This document shows, one piece after another, positions 25,001-40,000 of a stretch of 64,000 nt of DNA (positions are counted from its first letter, which is position 1; every line of letters starts with the position of its first letter). The stretch lies in NCBI GenBank assembly GCA_030704615.1, contig CM060731.1, positions 34,162,001 through 34,226,000 on the forward strand, read 5' to 3'. The notes under the pieces were generated by a model. That model was not told the DNA's origin, ran no database searches, and saw only the letters and a list, made by a program, of their open reading frames with translations. The DNA comes from Takakia lepidozioides. Its lineage: Eukaryota > Plantae > Bryophyta. Both the position numbers and the translations under genes were made by a program.

Positions 25001-28000
25001 TGGCCACAAGGCTACGGCAAACAACGTCTTATGAGTACAATCTATCTGCAGACTGGAGGGGCCCACCCTGAACTTCCCCAACGCCCTCAAGAAGAGAGGG
25101 AGATAGAGCTGCAGACAGGTAATTGGGCTGCAAGATCCTATCGTCAGAGGACCAAGAATGTCTCCCAATAGAACTGCATTTGGTTGTTAGAGTGGCTGGT
25201 TTTCATGTACGCCTGACATGAAGTTCCACGAGTTCTCATCTGATGCATCTATTGCAGTCCTGTTTGGACACAATGTCCACCCCTGCTGTATTTTGTGGCA
25301 GGAGGGAAGCAATGGTGCTCTCAATGAAGTCAGACACCTGGGCATACCAGGAGGGCTTGAAACCAGCGGTTTTGAGCCTGATAGATGTTTTAAGGGCCCA
25401 GGCTGTCAGCCCTTTTGCTGGAAGAACCTTCTAAGAAATACTGTAAGCTGGAAGATGGCTTCGGTATGCATGCAAATTCTGCACATAGAGTTGTGATGGT
25501 GTTGTACCTCTGGCTCCAAGCATTCCTTGGAGGAAATGAAATGGAATGGTGCTTTATAACGTCCGCGGAAAGCTCATAGAGCTTATGGGACAAAATGGAA
25601 AGAAAAACATGAGAGAAAACAGGAAACCAGAGTCAGAGATAAGAACTATTGTTCGAGTGATTGTCTAAGGGTGAATGCCTCATGCAGGTAGGCTGCCAAG
25701 CATTTCTGATCTTCAGGAAATGAAATGAAATGGTGCTTTATAACTTCCGCAGGCAGCTCAAAGAGAACATGGGACAACAGGAACAAAGAAAGGAAAAAAG
25801 AACCTTTACAGTCTACAGAGGGCCAGGAGGCCCCATGGACAGGATAGAAAGGAAAGTAAGAAGGGAGAGCACAGACCTGGTTGTTGGGGAAAACATACAC
25901 ATTCACACCATCAGGCTTGGTGGTGTGCCATGTATCAACCTTATTGTAGTAGTACTCAATGCTGCCATCTGCCAGTAAGTTTTTAATATCTCCGTTCAGA
26001 AAGTGTACCCTCCTCCCGCCCATACATGCCTTAAGAACAGCAGGAACATGTGCAGAAGGAGCCACAGAAGAGAGAGTCAGTTTGGAAAATTATACCACAC
26101 AAACCCTTTTCAGCGTGAACCAAAAGGTCGGAAATTTCTAAAAACAACGTGTACCAGTTCTTTTCAACGAAGTGTATGTGTAATTTCTGAGTGACAACTG
26201 AAGTGATGTCTGAAAGAAGGGGTGAGATGGTGGTGAGAAGTCATGCATGGCCATCAAATTCAAAAGCAGGAATTCACAGATACCATAGCGTGAAGCCCAG
26301 GTGAGCTCAATGGAATTCAAAGGTATTCACTGCTGGAGTTGTTGTCACTCACAGATTGCAGGAGGAAAGGTGCCATGATAGGCCTCCAAGTATACTGCCC
26401 AAGCCTTGAGTTTATGGTGGTATGCATAAGTATGCAGATGTCTACGAGTACAGATGTATCCTCATGCGTGATCGATGTAATGAAGTTGTGGTAAGATCAG
26501 TCACACAAAGGAAGGACTGTGTGACGTGTCCATTCAAATGAAAAGACAGAGGAATGAAGGTTCATAGTCTGAGCTGGGATGATGTATGTGTCTGGATATG
26601 GGCATGCACATGTCCATGTAAATGATCATAGGTTAACGGTAGAAAACAATCTTCTTCAACATGTGAAAGGGTTGGGGATGCAGTGTCGGGGTTGGGGATG
26701 CAGTGTCGGGATTGGGGGCGAATCAGGCAGAAGCACAATCTGAGGTGCTGGTGGGGATGGGTTTGGTAGCTGGTTCATCAGTGATGCTGCTCACTCTTTT
26801 GTGGGGCTCATGCCTCATTGTTGGCCGTTGTGGCCTGGTGCCCTCAAACAACCGACTGCTGGCTATATGGCCCTTGAAATAGATGAATACTTTTGAGCAT
26901 CTGCTAGAGGTGAACCGATCCATGTCAGCCATGCCATCAAAAGCAGCAAGTCAGCATACCCACGAATAAGATGGCATGGCATCTAGTAGAATGCCCTGCG
27001 CTTGGTCCATCGGGGAGGGAAAAAGACAGTCGAGTAGGAGGGGCAGCCCATGCCTTGGGAGCTTTCGGATGACCCAATAACCTGGCGGTGTAGAGAGTAG
27101 TGTCTCTGTTTGGAGGCATGGAAACGAAGATTCAGATACTATGTTAAGTTTCTGTGCTTTCAAGACTGCTCTATCAAATCATAACATCCTGAAAACCCTG
27201 AATTTCATTGCATCCACAGCAGGCTTGAAGGGCCTCCGGACCAAAAGATAGTTCCAAAGGAGATTTCCAAAAAGACTTCAAGGCAGACAAAAATAAGATG
27301 TAAGAACCTGGTGAACTTGATAGGTGCCTGCCAAACACTGCCCATGGGACACATCAAGAATGACGGAAGGAGAGTGCTCTAAGCTTCTGTCCATTACTGC
27401 TTGGATAAAGCAGTTAAGGTGTCACTATGTTAACAAGCATGGAGGTGACTGAAGAGAACAAAAAAATTCCTACCTGTTTGTCTGTTAGCAGGGTGACGAT
27501 GGTGTTGATGGTGTATTGCAAAGTAGGGATGGCACTATTTTGGACAGGAGTCTCTAGTTTTCTAGGTGAGCTGGACTGGGAGGAAGGCTTTTTATTGGAG
27601 ACACGAGAAGGAGGGACCCCAATTGACAAACAAATGTCCTTTGGTAAGGACGACTGACACTCAATAGCTGCCTCTACCTGCAAATTTCTACCTACTCCTA
27701 GTCAACTAGGAGTTTCAAGTGAGGACCATGACTTGCTCACAACCACTGGTATCACATTTGCAATGATGCCTCATGCAGCTGTCCCAAACAGAAGTGTCAC
27801 TTGAGAGAAGGAGGAGAAGAACAAAGAAATAAATAAGACTCAAAAAATTTAAAAATGTCCAAGGGGCCTCCGAGGGCCCATGGTACAAAGTAGAACAAGA
27901 AAATACATCAGATGTTGCCTGAAGGAAAAGTGGCTCATCCAATCAAGCTGCCATACAATTTGGGTCCTCAAAGCTGAAAGCCTCTGCCAAAGACCACAAG

Positions 28001-31000
28001 GTTCTAAAGAATGAAAAAAGAAAGAGACTACATAGGATCTGTGAGAAGCTCAAAGAACAACAAAGATGATAAAGAGACTATAGAGAATTAGTACATTGGA
28101 TAGTTATGAAAGCACACACCTCTTTGCCTGTTATATTAGAGGGGCGCAATGATCTCCAGTTTGTTGTGGCAGTGCTCCCTTGACTGTCTTCAGAGTACTT
28201 GGCGATGTGCACGCTCTCCTCACTGGAACTTGACTCATCAGGGTTTGCATTTCTTGACCACAAATCAATGCTATCCACTTTAGGCATGTCCAACCTGTCA
28301 CTGGGAGTGGACCCAGTTCCAAATGGGGTAAGAAATTGCGTACAGCATTGATGATATCCAAGTACTGAAAACTTAAAACACCACAGCTGAAATTGGCATA
28401 CAGAGTGAGAAGCAGGCAAGGGTAGTTTCTGACACTTTCTTACCTATACTTCACATTAATACTTGCACGGCAAGGATGTGGGGGGCCCCAAATTGTACAA
28501 GTCTGTCCCAATGAGGACAAACCTTTGGAGCCATTGTCTTCCCCACCTTTTACAGACTTCAACCTCAAGTCATTATTAAAGACCTCCTTACGTCCAGAGT
28601 CTGCCACCCTGTCATAGTCATGACCTCTCCAGGAAGATTCCCTTGCTGCGTGGAGAGAGTTTTGAAGTTTTCTGTTGAGTCCTTGCAGACCATACCTTTC
28701 AGTCAACGTCTGTGCATATTCTTCATGCTTTCTGAGAGATGTGCAGCAGGCAACATGCCCTGTTCCCTGTGAAGGAGATATAATACTTGTATCTCCATCC
28801 CAGCTCCTTTTTCCAGGGGACCTGAAAGTCACGCTCGGGATCTCACTGAAAACCTCCTCATCTGACTTAAGAATCTCAGTGGGGTAGTGGAGTTCGTCTT
28901 GTTGACCTCCAAGTGGAGAATCCAATGTTTGAGATTCACCCCCTACCATAGATAACTGTAACAACGGTCCGCTGGGTTTCTCCCATGGTGATGCATCTGA
29001 GCTCAAATCCTTCCATGGCTCAGTTGCTCCATTCACAGTATCTCCCTCCCTCCTTTCAGCCAAGATGGCATGAGACAGTTGCCTGGTTTGGGCCGTGAGG
29101 CTATCCCGCATTTTGTGATATCTGCGGTGTCCCCAGGGGTTTACGTGTTGCCAATTTTGACCCATAGTTTCTGCCTTCAAGATGCCCAAGTGCTGTACAT
29201 GGCTAACCATATTTATTGCCTTGAATTCTTTCTTCTTAGAGCCAGGCGTTTCACTCTTCATTTCTCTGTGTGACAGACTTGGCCTCTGTCGCTGAGGACT
29301 CAAGAACACACAATTTTGTCGCAGACTTTTTCGCACTTTATCTTCCATTCGCTGATACAAAGCCCCCATCTCTTCTGTAGAATGATCCATCTTAACGACC
29401 TCAGGTCTTGCATTTTCCCACTTGGAATGGTAGTTTCCAGTCTCTCTGATGCTTTCAGTCTCCATTTTCCTGGCTGACACAGTCCGCCCCTCTCTATTTA
29501 TCTCTGATGCTTTTGCATTGTGGCACAGCTTGCTGATGCCGGAATCTTCTCCTGGTCTCTGTGACTTGCGTGCTGCTCAACCACAAGGCACACAAGTTTG
29601 TTCAAGATTGCACAATATCACCTAATTCTATCGTCTTCAGATCATTTAGATCACAGATACTGTCAGTCAGCTCATCCATTGAGATTGCAGAGTTTCTTGC
29701 AGCCCTTGCCTCTCGTGAGCAATTGCGATAGGCACTATTTGCAGATGTCCTCGTACCGAACTAGAACCGTACCACTGGAAAACCAACATGGAACTAAGGC
29801 AAAGTCTGATATTTATCCAGCCTAACAATCTTCAATCACTTTCTTAACAAAACAGAAGATAGATGGCTATAGGTTCAGCTGCAAAACCTTATAGAAAATT
29901 TGTACTCATGAGCCGTAGCCTTGTGGCCATAGACCCTGGGCCCAGTTTGGGGCAGAACAAGAGGGAACAGATTGTACTCATAAGACGTTGTTTGCCGTAG
30001 CCTTGTGGCCATTGACCCCGCGCCCAGTTTGAGCGGGAACAAAAGGGACAGAACCTACCTCTGTCAGGGGCTGACGTTGGTAGTAAGACTTACCTCCATA
30101 TAAAGAATTAATCCGGGTTTTCCAGATATCCTCTAGAAATCCCTTCACACAAGCATCAATCTGCTGTGACACTACCTTTAAGAGGGGCTCACTCTAACCT
30201 TATATATAAACCTTTAAGTTGGCAATTTACTGTTGCTTGTGAATTGTTCTCATAGTCTACCCAGAATCCTAACCAGGTAAAGGATGTATTCTATTTATCA
30301 TATACTCTAGCTTTCAAGAACCACCCCTTGTACACCTGGTGCTCGTGTTCAAAATCAACCGAAGCCCAGGACTGATTGACTTATGTCCAAACATATCAAT
30401 CACTGGAATTGGAATCTCAACAGGGGTTAATGTTCTAGGTGCAATCTCAGCAGAACAAGTGATCGGGCTTCTCTGAGGCAACTGGAAGGGCAAGCTTGTT
30501 CCAGACTCTTCATTAATGTTTGCAACAAGGCTGCATAGTGACTGGTCACAAATGTGAGCCTCACTACATAACTCTGTTCAAAGAGTTAGTCACACTGGTG
30601 ACCTTGTTACAACCTTTAACATACAAATGCAGGTATAGAACAAAACCTGATATTACAGGCATAGAAGTGGCCAAAACACAACCATGAACAGCCATGTACT
30701 TCAGAGTTAAGACTTTGAAGGCCTCCAAGAGTTTTACAATGTTAAGTGGAAGAGGAGAGAAAGAATGAAGATGATTACCAGCTCTGTCTGGTCGAAAAAC
30801 TTGGCCATCACACAATCTATGATGTCGTATGGCCTCCCGTCCTGTGTGACGTGTTACATCTGATGTGCGCGGAACTTTGGAGCTTCGCTCAAAGCATTGG
30901 AGGCGTCTGTCACCATCAGTATCTGGAGAATCCCACTCCGGCTGGATCTTATACTTCTTGATCTGCCAATGTGGGGATTTAATTAGCTCTTAAGTTGAGC

Positions 31001-34000
31001 CAAACCAAGGAGCTCATCTCAAATCAAGTGTTTTCTTCTTAGTTAGTTTCTTTCTCCTCCTCCTGTTTCTTCTTTCTCATATTGTGTTCCTATATTAGAC
31101 CAGCTAAAAGAGGGAAAAGCTTGGAAATGGGATGTTAATGGCTGCGAGATGTTGTGCAGTTTCCAAACCAAGACTTCACCCATTTCTGCCTTGGTTAACA
31201 TCATGTATAACAAGAATACATTACACTTATTACTAAGTTATGCTAATTTGTTTCTCTTTGATCTGTTCCACATTTCCTCTTTTAGGCCTCTCTTAGAATC
31301 ATCTCAGTTTCTCTAGTCCGTAAAGAAAATACATAAAAGATATTTCAAAGATCAGATTCATGGGTGACAAAGTATAAGGTGATTGTTGGTAGTCTCATCT
31401 GCCCATCAATGACACAAGAAACAATTACCAAACATGGTGCAAGAATGTACATACCTCACGTTGAAGTTTACGGATGCGGCCAGAGAGTTCATCATTGGCA
31501 TGGCGGAGTTTGTGAGTCTGCACATCAAGTCATTGGACTGCTGTGAATGCATTGGCTCCTACAACCAGTAGACTACGACAGCACAATGTAACAAGTACGA
31601 AAAATGAGAAATTACCTAAGGGAGGAAAGGGCAAGGAGGGGAATATCGAAGAAGGAACTATGTCCACAGTGCCTCGTGCACGTAAGCTGCCAGGCATTTT
31701 CCCCTGATCTTGTGGGCAAGGAAACGAAATGACGTTGCAGGAAGAATTATACTTTGTAAGGTCCACGGGATCCCCAAGAGCATGTGGGACAAAGTAGACA
31801 GCAAAGAAAAATTTAGAGACATTGTTTGCCGTAGCCTTTAGGGTGAAGAGAAAGGAAAGGAAAGGAAAGGAATTTTATAATGTCCATGGGAAGCTGAAAG
31901 AGCTTACCAAACAAAAGATAAAAAACCAACTTCATTACATACACAGGAGGATGGTGGGACTGAGAGCCCATGGGAAATGAAATGAAATGGTACTTGATAA
32001 CGTCCGCGGAAAGCTCAAAGAGCTTATGGGACAAAAGGGAGAAACCAGAAAGTAGAACGTCAAGAAACCACATCAAAAGACTCCAAACATTTGTTGGAGA
32101 TGAATTGCCTCATGTAACATGCCAAGAATAAAATGAAATGAAATGGTACTTTATGCCAAGAATAACAGAAAGACAAAAAAAACTTTATGATGTCCACAGG
32201 GCCACAGAGCCCCATGGGACAAGGTACAACAAACCAAGAACTACTTCGAATACACAAGCATTGCACGAAGGGACTTCAAGGGCCCACATGAGAACAAAAA
32301 GAAAACCAAAAATACAAGACTCCATATGCCTCACGCTGGTAAGCTGCCAATCGCTCTGGCTTGAGTCTCTAAACAGAGAATTTTTTTTGTGTACCGGAGG
32401 GCCTATGGGATCAGATAGAACAAAAAGAGGAAATAAGAGTTGTAGACGCTACAGAATGTACTCATAAGACGTTGTTTGCCATAGCCTTGTGGCCATAGAC
32501 CCCGCGCCCAGTTTGCATCACTTCCTCACTTTCAAGCGCGTCACACTACAGACACAAAGAGCAGGAGAAGGAGGAGAAAACAGGGGAATGGGAGAAAGAG
32601 AGGCAGGCAGAGGTATAGAAGCATGCAAGCAAAGCAAAAGAAGAGAGGAAGAGACTGTGAGGCGCCAGCACATATCCTCCTTGATACGCTTGGTGTGTTC
32701 TTGTATGAGCTCTGCATTGACTGCTTCCAATTCAGTACTCTTCTTTCTGTCAGGCGATCTCTTTCCCTTCTTTTCCTTGTGTATCTGCACAGCCCCGTGC
32801 CACCATGTTGGCAAATCTGGCCAACCCCAGACAAGAGGGGCAATGTTCGTGGGGCGCTATGCCAGCAGTTACTATTATCAGTAGGTGGTACAGAGTTACC
32901 AGGACACTTACACCTGTAGGCACCACAATGGACTGTTCTCATTAATATGCTCAGGATTGTAAAGAGAGATACATACTTCCTTTCTCTCGAAGTGATGAAA
33001 AACCTTCTGCTTCTGCCAAGCAGTTCTCTCTCTTACAAGTCGTGCTGCAGTTTCCTTATTTTCCTGACACACACAGAAATGTTTGGGTATGTCAGTCTTT
33101 ACATGTTACACATTTGCATTTCGTGAGTGTAAGATGACACAGAGTTCAACCATAATGCGTACAGAAAAGTAAAGTAGAAATCGAGACTCACTTGACTGTC
33201 TGCTAGAACTGTAGCCATATCCAAGACTCATCGAGTCCATATATGATAGCCAAGGATATGTACAGGAACTAGTTTGTTAGTCAGCACAGAGAAAGAAATG
33301 GCCAAAGGCCCATGGAAAAATGTTCAGGTACAAGAGAAAAAGAGAGAGCTTTAGAATGACCTTGAACAGTCTCTCCAGGCGGTTCCTCTCCTTTCTGAAG
33401 CTTGAAACCTTAGTTTTCATGATCAACTTGTCCGCATCACCAGACCTGTCCCCGTGCTCGTTAGAGCTTGAGCTTTCCCCCATCCACTTAGTATCTCTCT
33501 GAGTCTCAGAGAATCCCAAAGGGTCAGGGGTAGCATTCAGGAGGGATGCATTCCTCATGGACAAAAGGGTGGGCATGGATCCATTGTTGTGCCATCTTCG
33601 CAGCTCTTTTCGGAATTTACTTTCCAGGGACAGACATTCTGCAGCATCCCAACAGCCAAATTTGTATTCTGAATTTCAAACCGAGGGGAACTGAGCTGGC
33701 ATATTTGCATATCAATACTACCACTGCCTCCACAGGGCTTGGCAAAGTTGATATGGGTTTACTTGTTGCTTGGAAATATTTGTCAGGCCAGAAATGAGAC
33801 ATTATGTGATATCAGGCCATACCCCACACACTATTGACTATGTATTTAAGTTAAGATTGTAAATTTATATGGGTCTTTTCCAGTTATCAAATTGAGAGTG
33901 TTCAGCTTCTCACTTTTGTGAATGGCATTCCTGTTCAGGTCTCGTAATATGCTGCTTGAGTGCGGCTCTTTTGCACATTGTTGTCTGGGTGGGCTTGGCA

Positions 34001-37000
34001 ATCTAAGGGTACGTTGTCGTTCTTCCTCATAGATGCCATTAAAGGAGCTTGCAGGATTTGGGCTAAAGTCATCAGCATCTCTTGGTATCGCTACCACATC
34101 ACAGGGCAACACGTTGTCACCGAAGCAGTAATTACCACAGGTCATTCTACTGGCTGATGTTGACCCATCAGCACTTGATTCGAATGCAAGACCATCCCTG
34201 TAAGAGGAGTTGAGCCCTTTCTTAGTATGTGAGGTACCGCCATCTGAAACCTTACTGACAGTATTCACTTCATTGGCGCATGGCCACTGCCACTTTGGTG
34301 ATGGCACTTTAGCCTCTTTCTGCCAGCTTTTGTGACTTTTGCCAGCCCTGTGACCGCAAAGGACAGGAACCCTTTCATCCTTTAAGGGGTCGGGTAAGCA
34401 ATTCCCTCCCTCACTAACACAATACTTGGATGTGCCATCAGTGTCCTTGTTGCAGGGGTGCCTATTATTGGCTGATGCGTGAGGGCTCTCAAGATCGTGC
34501 TTGTTTACATGTGCACTCGCATCCAAAGAGGACCAATAGGCAACTTGCCTATCAACTGTTTCAGCAAAAGTCTCTCGTTGCTCCTCCACGCACCAAGAAA
34601 CACCCCTTGCATTCGTACTAGGTCCTGTGTTGAGGTCATCACTCTCATGTTGCTTGTGAAATTCAGTGCCAGCCCCATCCTTCCTCTCTTTCTCTGAAAA
34701 CTTCCCATCAGTCAACTGCCTGCACTTGATGCTCAACACTCTAGGCCATTCACCCCCCCCCAAGCTCCCTCCCTCTTTAATGCCATCAATCTCCTCTCCT
34801 GCTACCTCCCCCCTACCATTTGATCCAGAATACACACCCCCAATCTGGCAAGGTTCCCCCCATTTCTTGCGAAGGCGAACACCCCCTGGCTCAATTAGAG
34901 GGTCTTCTTCTGGATAAGTAACCGCCCTTTCCTCCAAATTGGGCCCACACATTTTCTTGACGACCGAAACTCGCAGAGCATCACTGAGATTTTCAGTGGT
35001 CCAACAGGGGTTCTCATACATGGAGAGCTGGGAGGCATGCTCAGTTCCACCCACCACGTTGGACTTTCTTGCTTTACTACTGTGCGTGTAAGGGGAATTG
35101 CCCATCTCTAAAACAGTCTTACTTACTGTGACATCTGTAAAACTTGAGCCCTCACCTAAACTAAGCATCGAATCTCCAGATATTGAGGGCTGCATCTCTG
35201 GATGCGTGCCACCCATCCCCATGGCGTCCCTAGCCCCAGTGGCATGCTCGCAGGGGAAGGGCTCTAACTCTGAGCTAAGTGTAGCATCTTTAGAGATCAT
35301 ATCCTCATCTACACTAGGCATGAGATCTGTGGAGATTGAGGGTTCCCACTCGGAAAGTGAGTCGCTCCCCACCAAGGCATTCCTGGCTCCACTGGGATGT
35401 TCCATCTTTAAAACTGTGCTACAGAGAGAAATTTTTCTAGAGATTGCGTCCTGATCTCGGTTAAGCCTCGTATCTTCGAGGATTGAAGGTTCCATCTCAA
35501 CACTTGTATTGTCTAAGGAAACATCGATGGATGTTTCCAGTTCCAGCTCTGGAACTGTCTCACTGTACAAGACATCACTGGAAATTAAGCCCTCATCTAA
35601 CTCCACTTCCCCACCACCTGGGAACAAGCAAGTGTTGCCACCTTCAAGGGCTTTCAATGGTCGGCATTCCCTTTCATGCGATGCACCATGTTGTTCCTCT
35701 CTTCTCCCCTCGGGATATCTTGTTCTCTCTGATGAGTTTGATGTACAACACCTGCCACCATCACGAGCTTTCGCTTGGGGAATCTCTCTCTCTTCTCTCT
35801 TCTTCCCCAACCTACTGCTGTTAACTCTATGGGTATCCATCAGAGGAATCCATTGTTGCATTGTTGCACCACGCTTTTTCTTTCTTCCTCCCTCTGTCTG
35901 TCTTGGGCTCTCTGACGAGTCCTCAGTCTTACAGCTCCTTTTTGCTTTCTGTCTCCTCTGAGGACCACAAAGTTGACACTGAGCAAGTAAGCAAACGCAC
36001 TGCCTAGATGTTTCCATATTTTTGACAACCTCCATCATTGCTGGACTCTTTGATACCTAATAACACAATGCACACTTGGAAGCAGATGTTTTGTTTAATG
36101 TCGATGAGTTATGACAATGCATACAATTTTGGATTGGCAAATATTGATGCAAACACGTTTACCATACTTCACAAACAAGTAGCATGTTGCACAACGACAC
36201 CATAGCCAAACTCAATATTCCAGATCATTTCTACACACCTTAAGAATATTATATACCTGGTATGAAGTGACTTCCTGTCTGTCAGTGGCCTGTTTCTTCT
36301 TTGGATACCAAGACAAATCCCTCCCTTGTGTTGCACCCCCGGTCATGGAACTAAGAGGAGAGTCTCCCACTTTTCCTTTCTCAGTAAAACTTGTTGTATC
36401 CATGTGTTTTCCTTCCTCTTGGCTTTTTTGAACTCTAGGCGTGATAGTCAACTCTTTGTCATGGGACCGAAGACTTTGACTTAGATTTTCATACTTAGGT
36501 GATCCCATGAGTTTTGGTCCTGTGGAGTGAAAGTCATTAGCTGCAGGCAAGGAAAGACAGCAGGCTGACAACCCTGTCCCTGCACTCATTGTAGAAAAAT
36601 TGAAGTCCTTCGAGATTTTTTTTGTCAAATTCCCCTCTCCAGCTGTCTCACATGCGCGGGGGGACCAAAGCTCCCTCCATCCACCTTGATCTTTGGATGG
36701 GATTTCCAACCCTTCCCCTTGTGATCCTGGCCTGACAACCACGGTGGTGAACATACCAGATGAACTGGCATGACCAAGGCTACAGTCACTTATGGTTTCA
36801 GTAATAACTTCCGCTTCAACTTGTTGATTTGGAGCACCCTGATTGTTGGTGGGGGACTTGCAGCACCACTCCATCCATTTGCCACCATCTCTTGTTGACA
36901 TTTTCCACCTCTCCTTTGCTAGATCACAGCAATCAACTTCCACCCACACTTGTTGTTCTGAGCACTCTGTAACATTTCCGTTCACAGTTTGATCCCCACT

Positions 37001-40000
37001 ATTTTTGGCAGGATCACTGCGATTGCAATCGAGTATAACACCACCAAGAGTCTTGGTGCTGCATGGGACATCCTCTCTTTCTCTGACTGTCAATGCCTCA
37101 GACATATGCCTACCTGTTGTCACAGAACCCCTTGCTGGCCCATCTTCCTTCAGTATTTCAGGGGGAGCTTTCTTCTCTGAAGCAGGATCCAAGCAAACAG
37201 ATTGATCTTCAATCTGTACAGAAACATCCTGCTTCCAATATTGAGTTTCAGTTTCCTGCACCAGCACTTCCGGCTTGTGAGCTTCTTTCCATTCACATCT
37301 CCCTTGTGTTGGTGTCAAAGCTGTTATGATTTGGAGGCAGGTCCCCTTTTCAGGAAAGACATGAAAGCAGGAATCCTCATCCCTGATCTTGTCCTTCTCC
37401 TTGAATGTAGCTTTAGCAGAGGGCGCTCCCTTTTCCACAGTTCCTTTTGTTTCTTCTTTCCAACTCCCTCCTGACAAATTAAGAGGTTCTCTGTAGCCCT
37501 CAGAGGCTCCAACCTCACTGTTCTCTGAGTAGGAACTGGTCATAGTCTTGAGAGAAGATATCTTAGTTGAACCATCATACACATGGTCTGGACATGGCAA
37601 TGGAGCTTCGAACATTTCGGATTGCGGAAAGCAACAGTCATCTGCTTGCCCCGTCAATGTCACTCCTGCTGGAAGATCTGTTTGCAATAAGCTGATGGTC
37701 ATATTAAGAGGCTTTGATTTTCCTATCAGTGGATAAATCTCCTGCTCAATAGGAATTGGAAAACACCCTAAGAGACATGGAACTCCACAATTCATAGGTG
37801 CTTTGACCCAAGAATTTTGTGCTGAGGTACATGTGCCTAACCCAAAGGTATCTCCATCTACACTGGCCACTGCAGGCACACGGATGTGCAACCCATCCTC
37901 TATGCTTTTCTCTTTCTCGCACTCTATTTTCCACTCTTCATGCCCCTCTTGGATCGTATTAAAACCCTCCATGGGACCATCTTCCAAAGCAGCTGGATTT
38001 CCTAAACTGAATCGAGGCCTTATTGGAGAATCCTCATAATTGCAACCTAACTGAGTCCTCTGTGAATGAAACCCCTTCGAAAGTATGTCCTCTATCTTGG
38101 GAGAGTTGGTCTTGCTGCAGACATTCTCATCCCCCATCTCAAAGCTACATTTGTCACACACTTTGTAGTAGTCTCCGTAGCAATTCCCCCCAGTTTGATG
38201 ATGGTCATTTTGGCAGGTACCACCTTTCACAATACAGCTGCCATCACGTCTTTGACAAAAGTCATCACCAACGATACTGCCATGTCTTGAAACTGCTTCA
38301 ACTGATTCGAATTCCTCCATAGACTCCTTGTGCCAGGAAAGCGTGCCTAAATATCTCCTGGATGTTTTTTGACAATGGTCACTGCTATCTCCAATGCTAT
38401 TATTGCTGAGGCTGCTGCTAGATCTTTCACCTTTTTCGATGTATTCACCTCTAAATCTTTCAATTCTGTCATTGAAGTCTCCCACAAAACTGTTGTCATC
38501 GCTCGCAGTGTTCATGACCAAGGTGGTTGCCTCTGGCAAATCTTGCTTGGTGGTCTTCCCATGCACAAGGGCATCCAAATACATCCTAAATGCCTCCCTG
38601 TTTTGCTCCACCAATAAAGGAGGTAGCATTTCATCTGTTTGGGAAAGGCTTTCCACGCAATCCAAGGGATGAGACCACCTCTGTCTATCAAACCCAATCA
38701 AAAGCTTACCTCCTGCAATTGTCAATTCACCATCTTGACCAGCTTCCACATTTGAGTCTCGCATACAATTTGGTGACTCTGACTCAGAACTGAGATCAAG
38801 CTCTTTCAAGCCACCCCACACTGGCTTATTGAGACCTTCAAGCCCACAAGATTCCAGTTTCCTTCTGGAGGCAGCTGAGATTTCCGACACAATGCGCTTG
38901 AATTTCCTTGGGACAACCGACCCTTGGTTCATAGTTACATTATCCTGCTGTGCTTCCATGGGTAGGTGATCAGTTGGCTCCCTTTCTTCCTCCAAGGACA
39001 CCAAGTCTGGGAAAAAGGACTCTGGAATTTCCTCTTTCCTCTTTCCTAAGAAATGACTTGGGGAACCCTTCTCTGAAGAGCATCCCTCTGTAGTCCAGTC
39101 ATTGTCCACCATGTCATCCACCCCATCTTTTGAAGAGTTCACAACATTCAAGAATGTCCACTCCCTCTCCCCAAGTTTGTCCAGTGCACACCCAGATATA
39201 ACTTTGTCGAGACCAATCTCCTTCGCAGGAAGTTGTTCCATGAACTTGGTTTCATGCATCTCCTTAGAGGCTACAAGGCGCATGTTGAAACAGGGGTCAG
39301 GCATATCATCAAATCCCTGTTCTCTGGCACTTTCATGAATGACTTTCTGATCAGGGAGCCTATCTGAATCTTTGATTTTTTTGGTAGCATCAGAAGCCAA
39401 TAACTCCGGAAGTCCAGGGCAGTTCAAGACTGTTCTGTTTTTCAAAAGAACACTCATCATATTGTCATAATTATGTAGTTTATCATCACTGGAGAAAAGT
39501 GAACCACATGTCTCCTTTCCTGTTAGACCTGATTCTGCAGGCCCACTTTCCTTGAAATCTACATTGGTACTGTAAGTGTCTTCTGGAGATGCCAAGATCT
39601 CATATGTACAAGGCATAGCTGGTTCCCCTGGCCTATCCATAGTTGTATATAAGCTTGAGCTTCCATGTTGCAGAATTTTTGGATTAGTTGTACATGGCAC
39701 AAAACCTTCACCAATGGTTTGTTTCACTGTCAAGAGTGGGCCAACATCCCTTATGGCCTTTGAAGTAACATTAGCACCACGTGTTCTTGGGATTCTTCTT
39801 TGTCTCTGTAAGAACCTATGACACTTGAGGCGGCAGCAACCTTTCAATTCTTCCTCACTGCTATCATCAACAGGACTTACCACGACCTCACTATCATTCT
39901 CCTTTGCGGTGTCTTCATCGTAATCATCCACCAACATTGTGGCACCTGTGGGGCTCAGGACTTGAACGATGCCAATCGACTCCCCCATTGAATGACAGAC

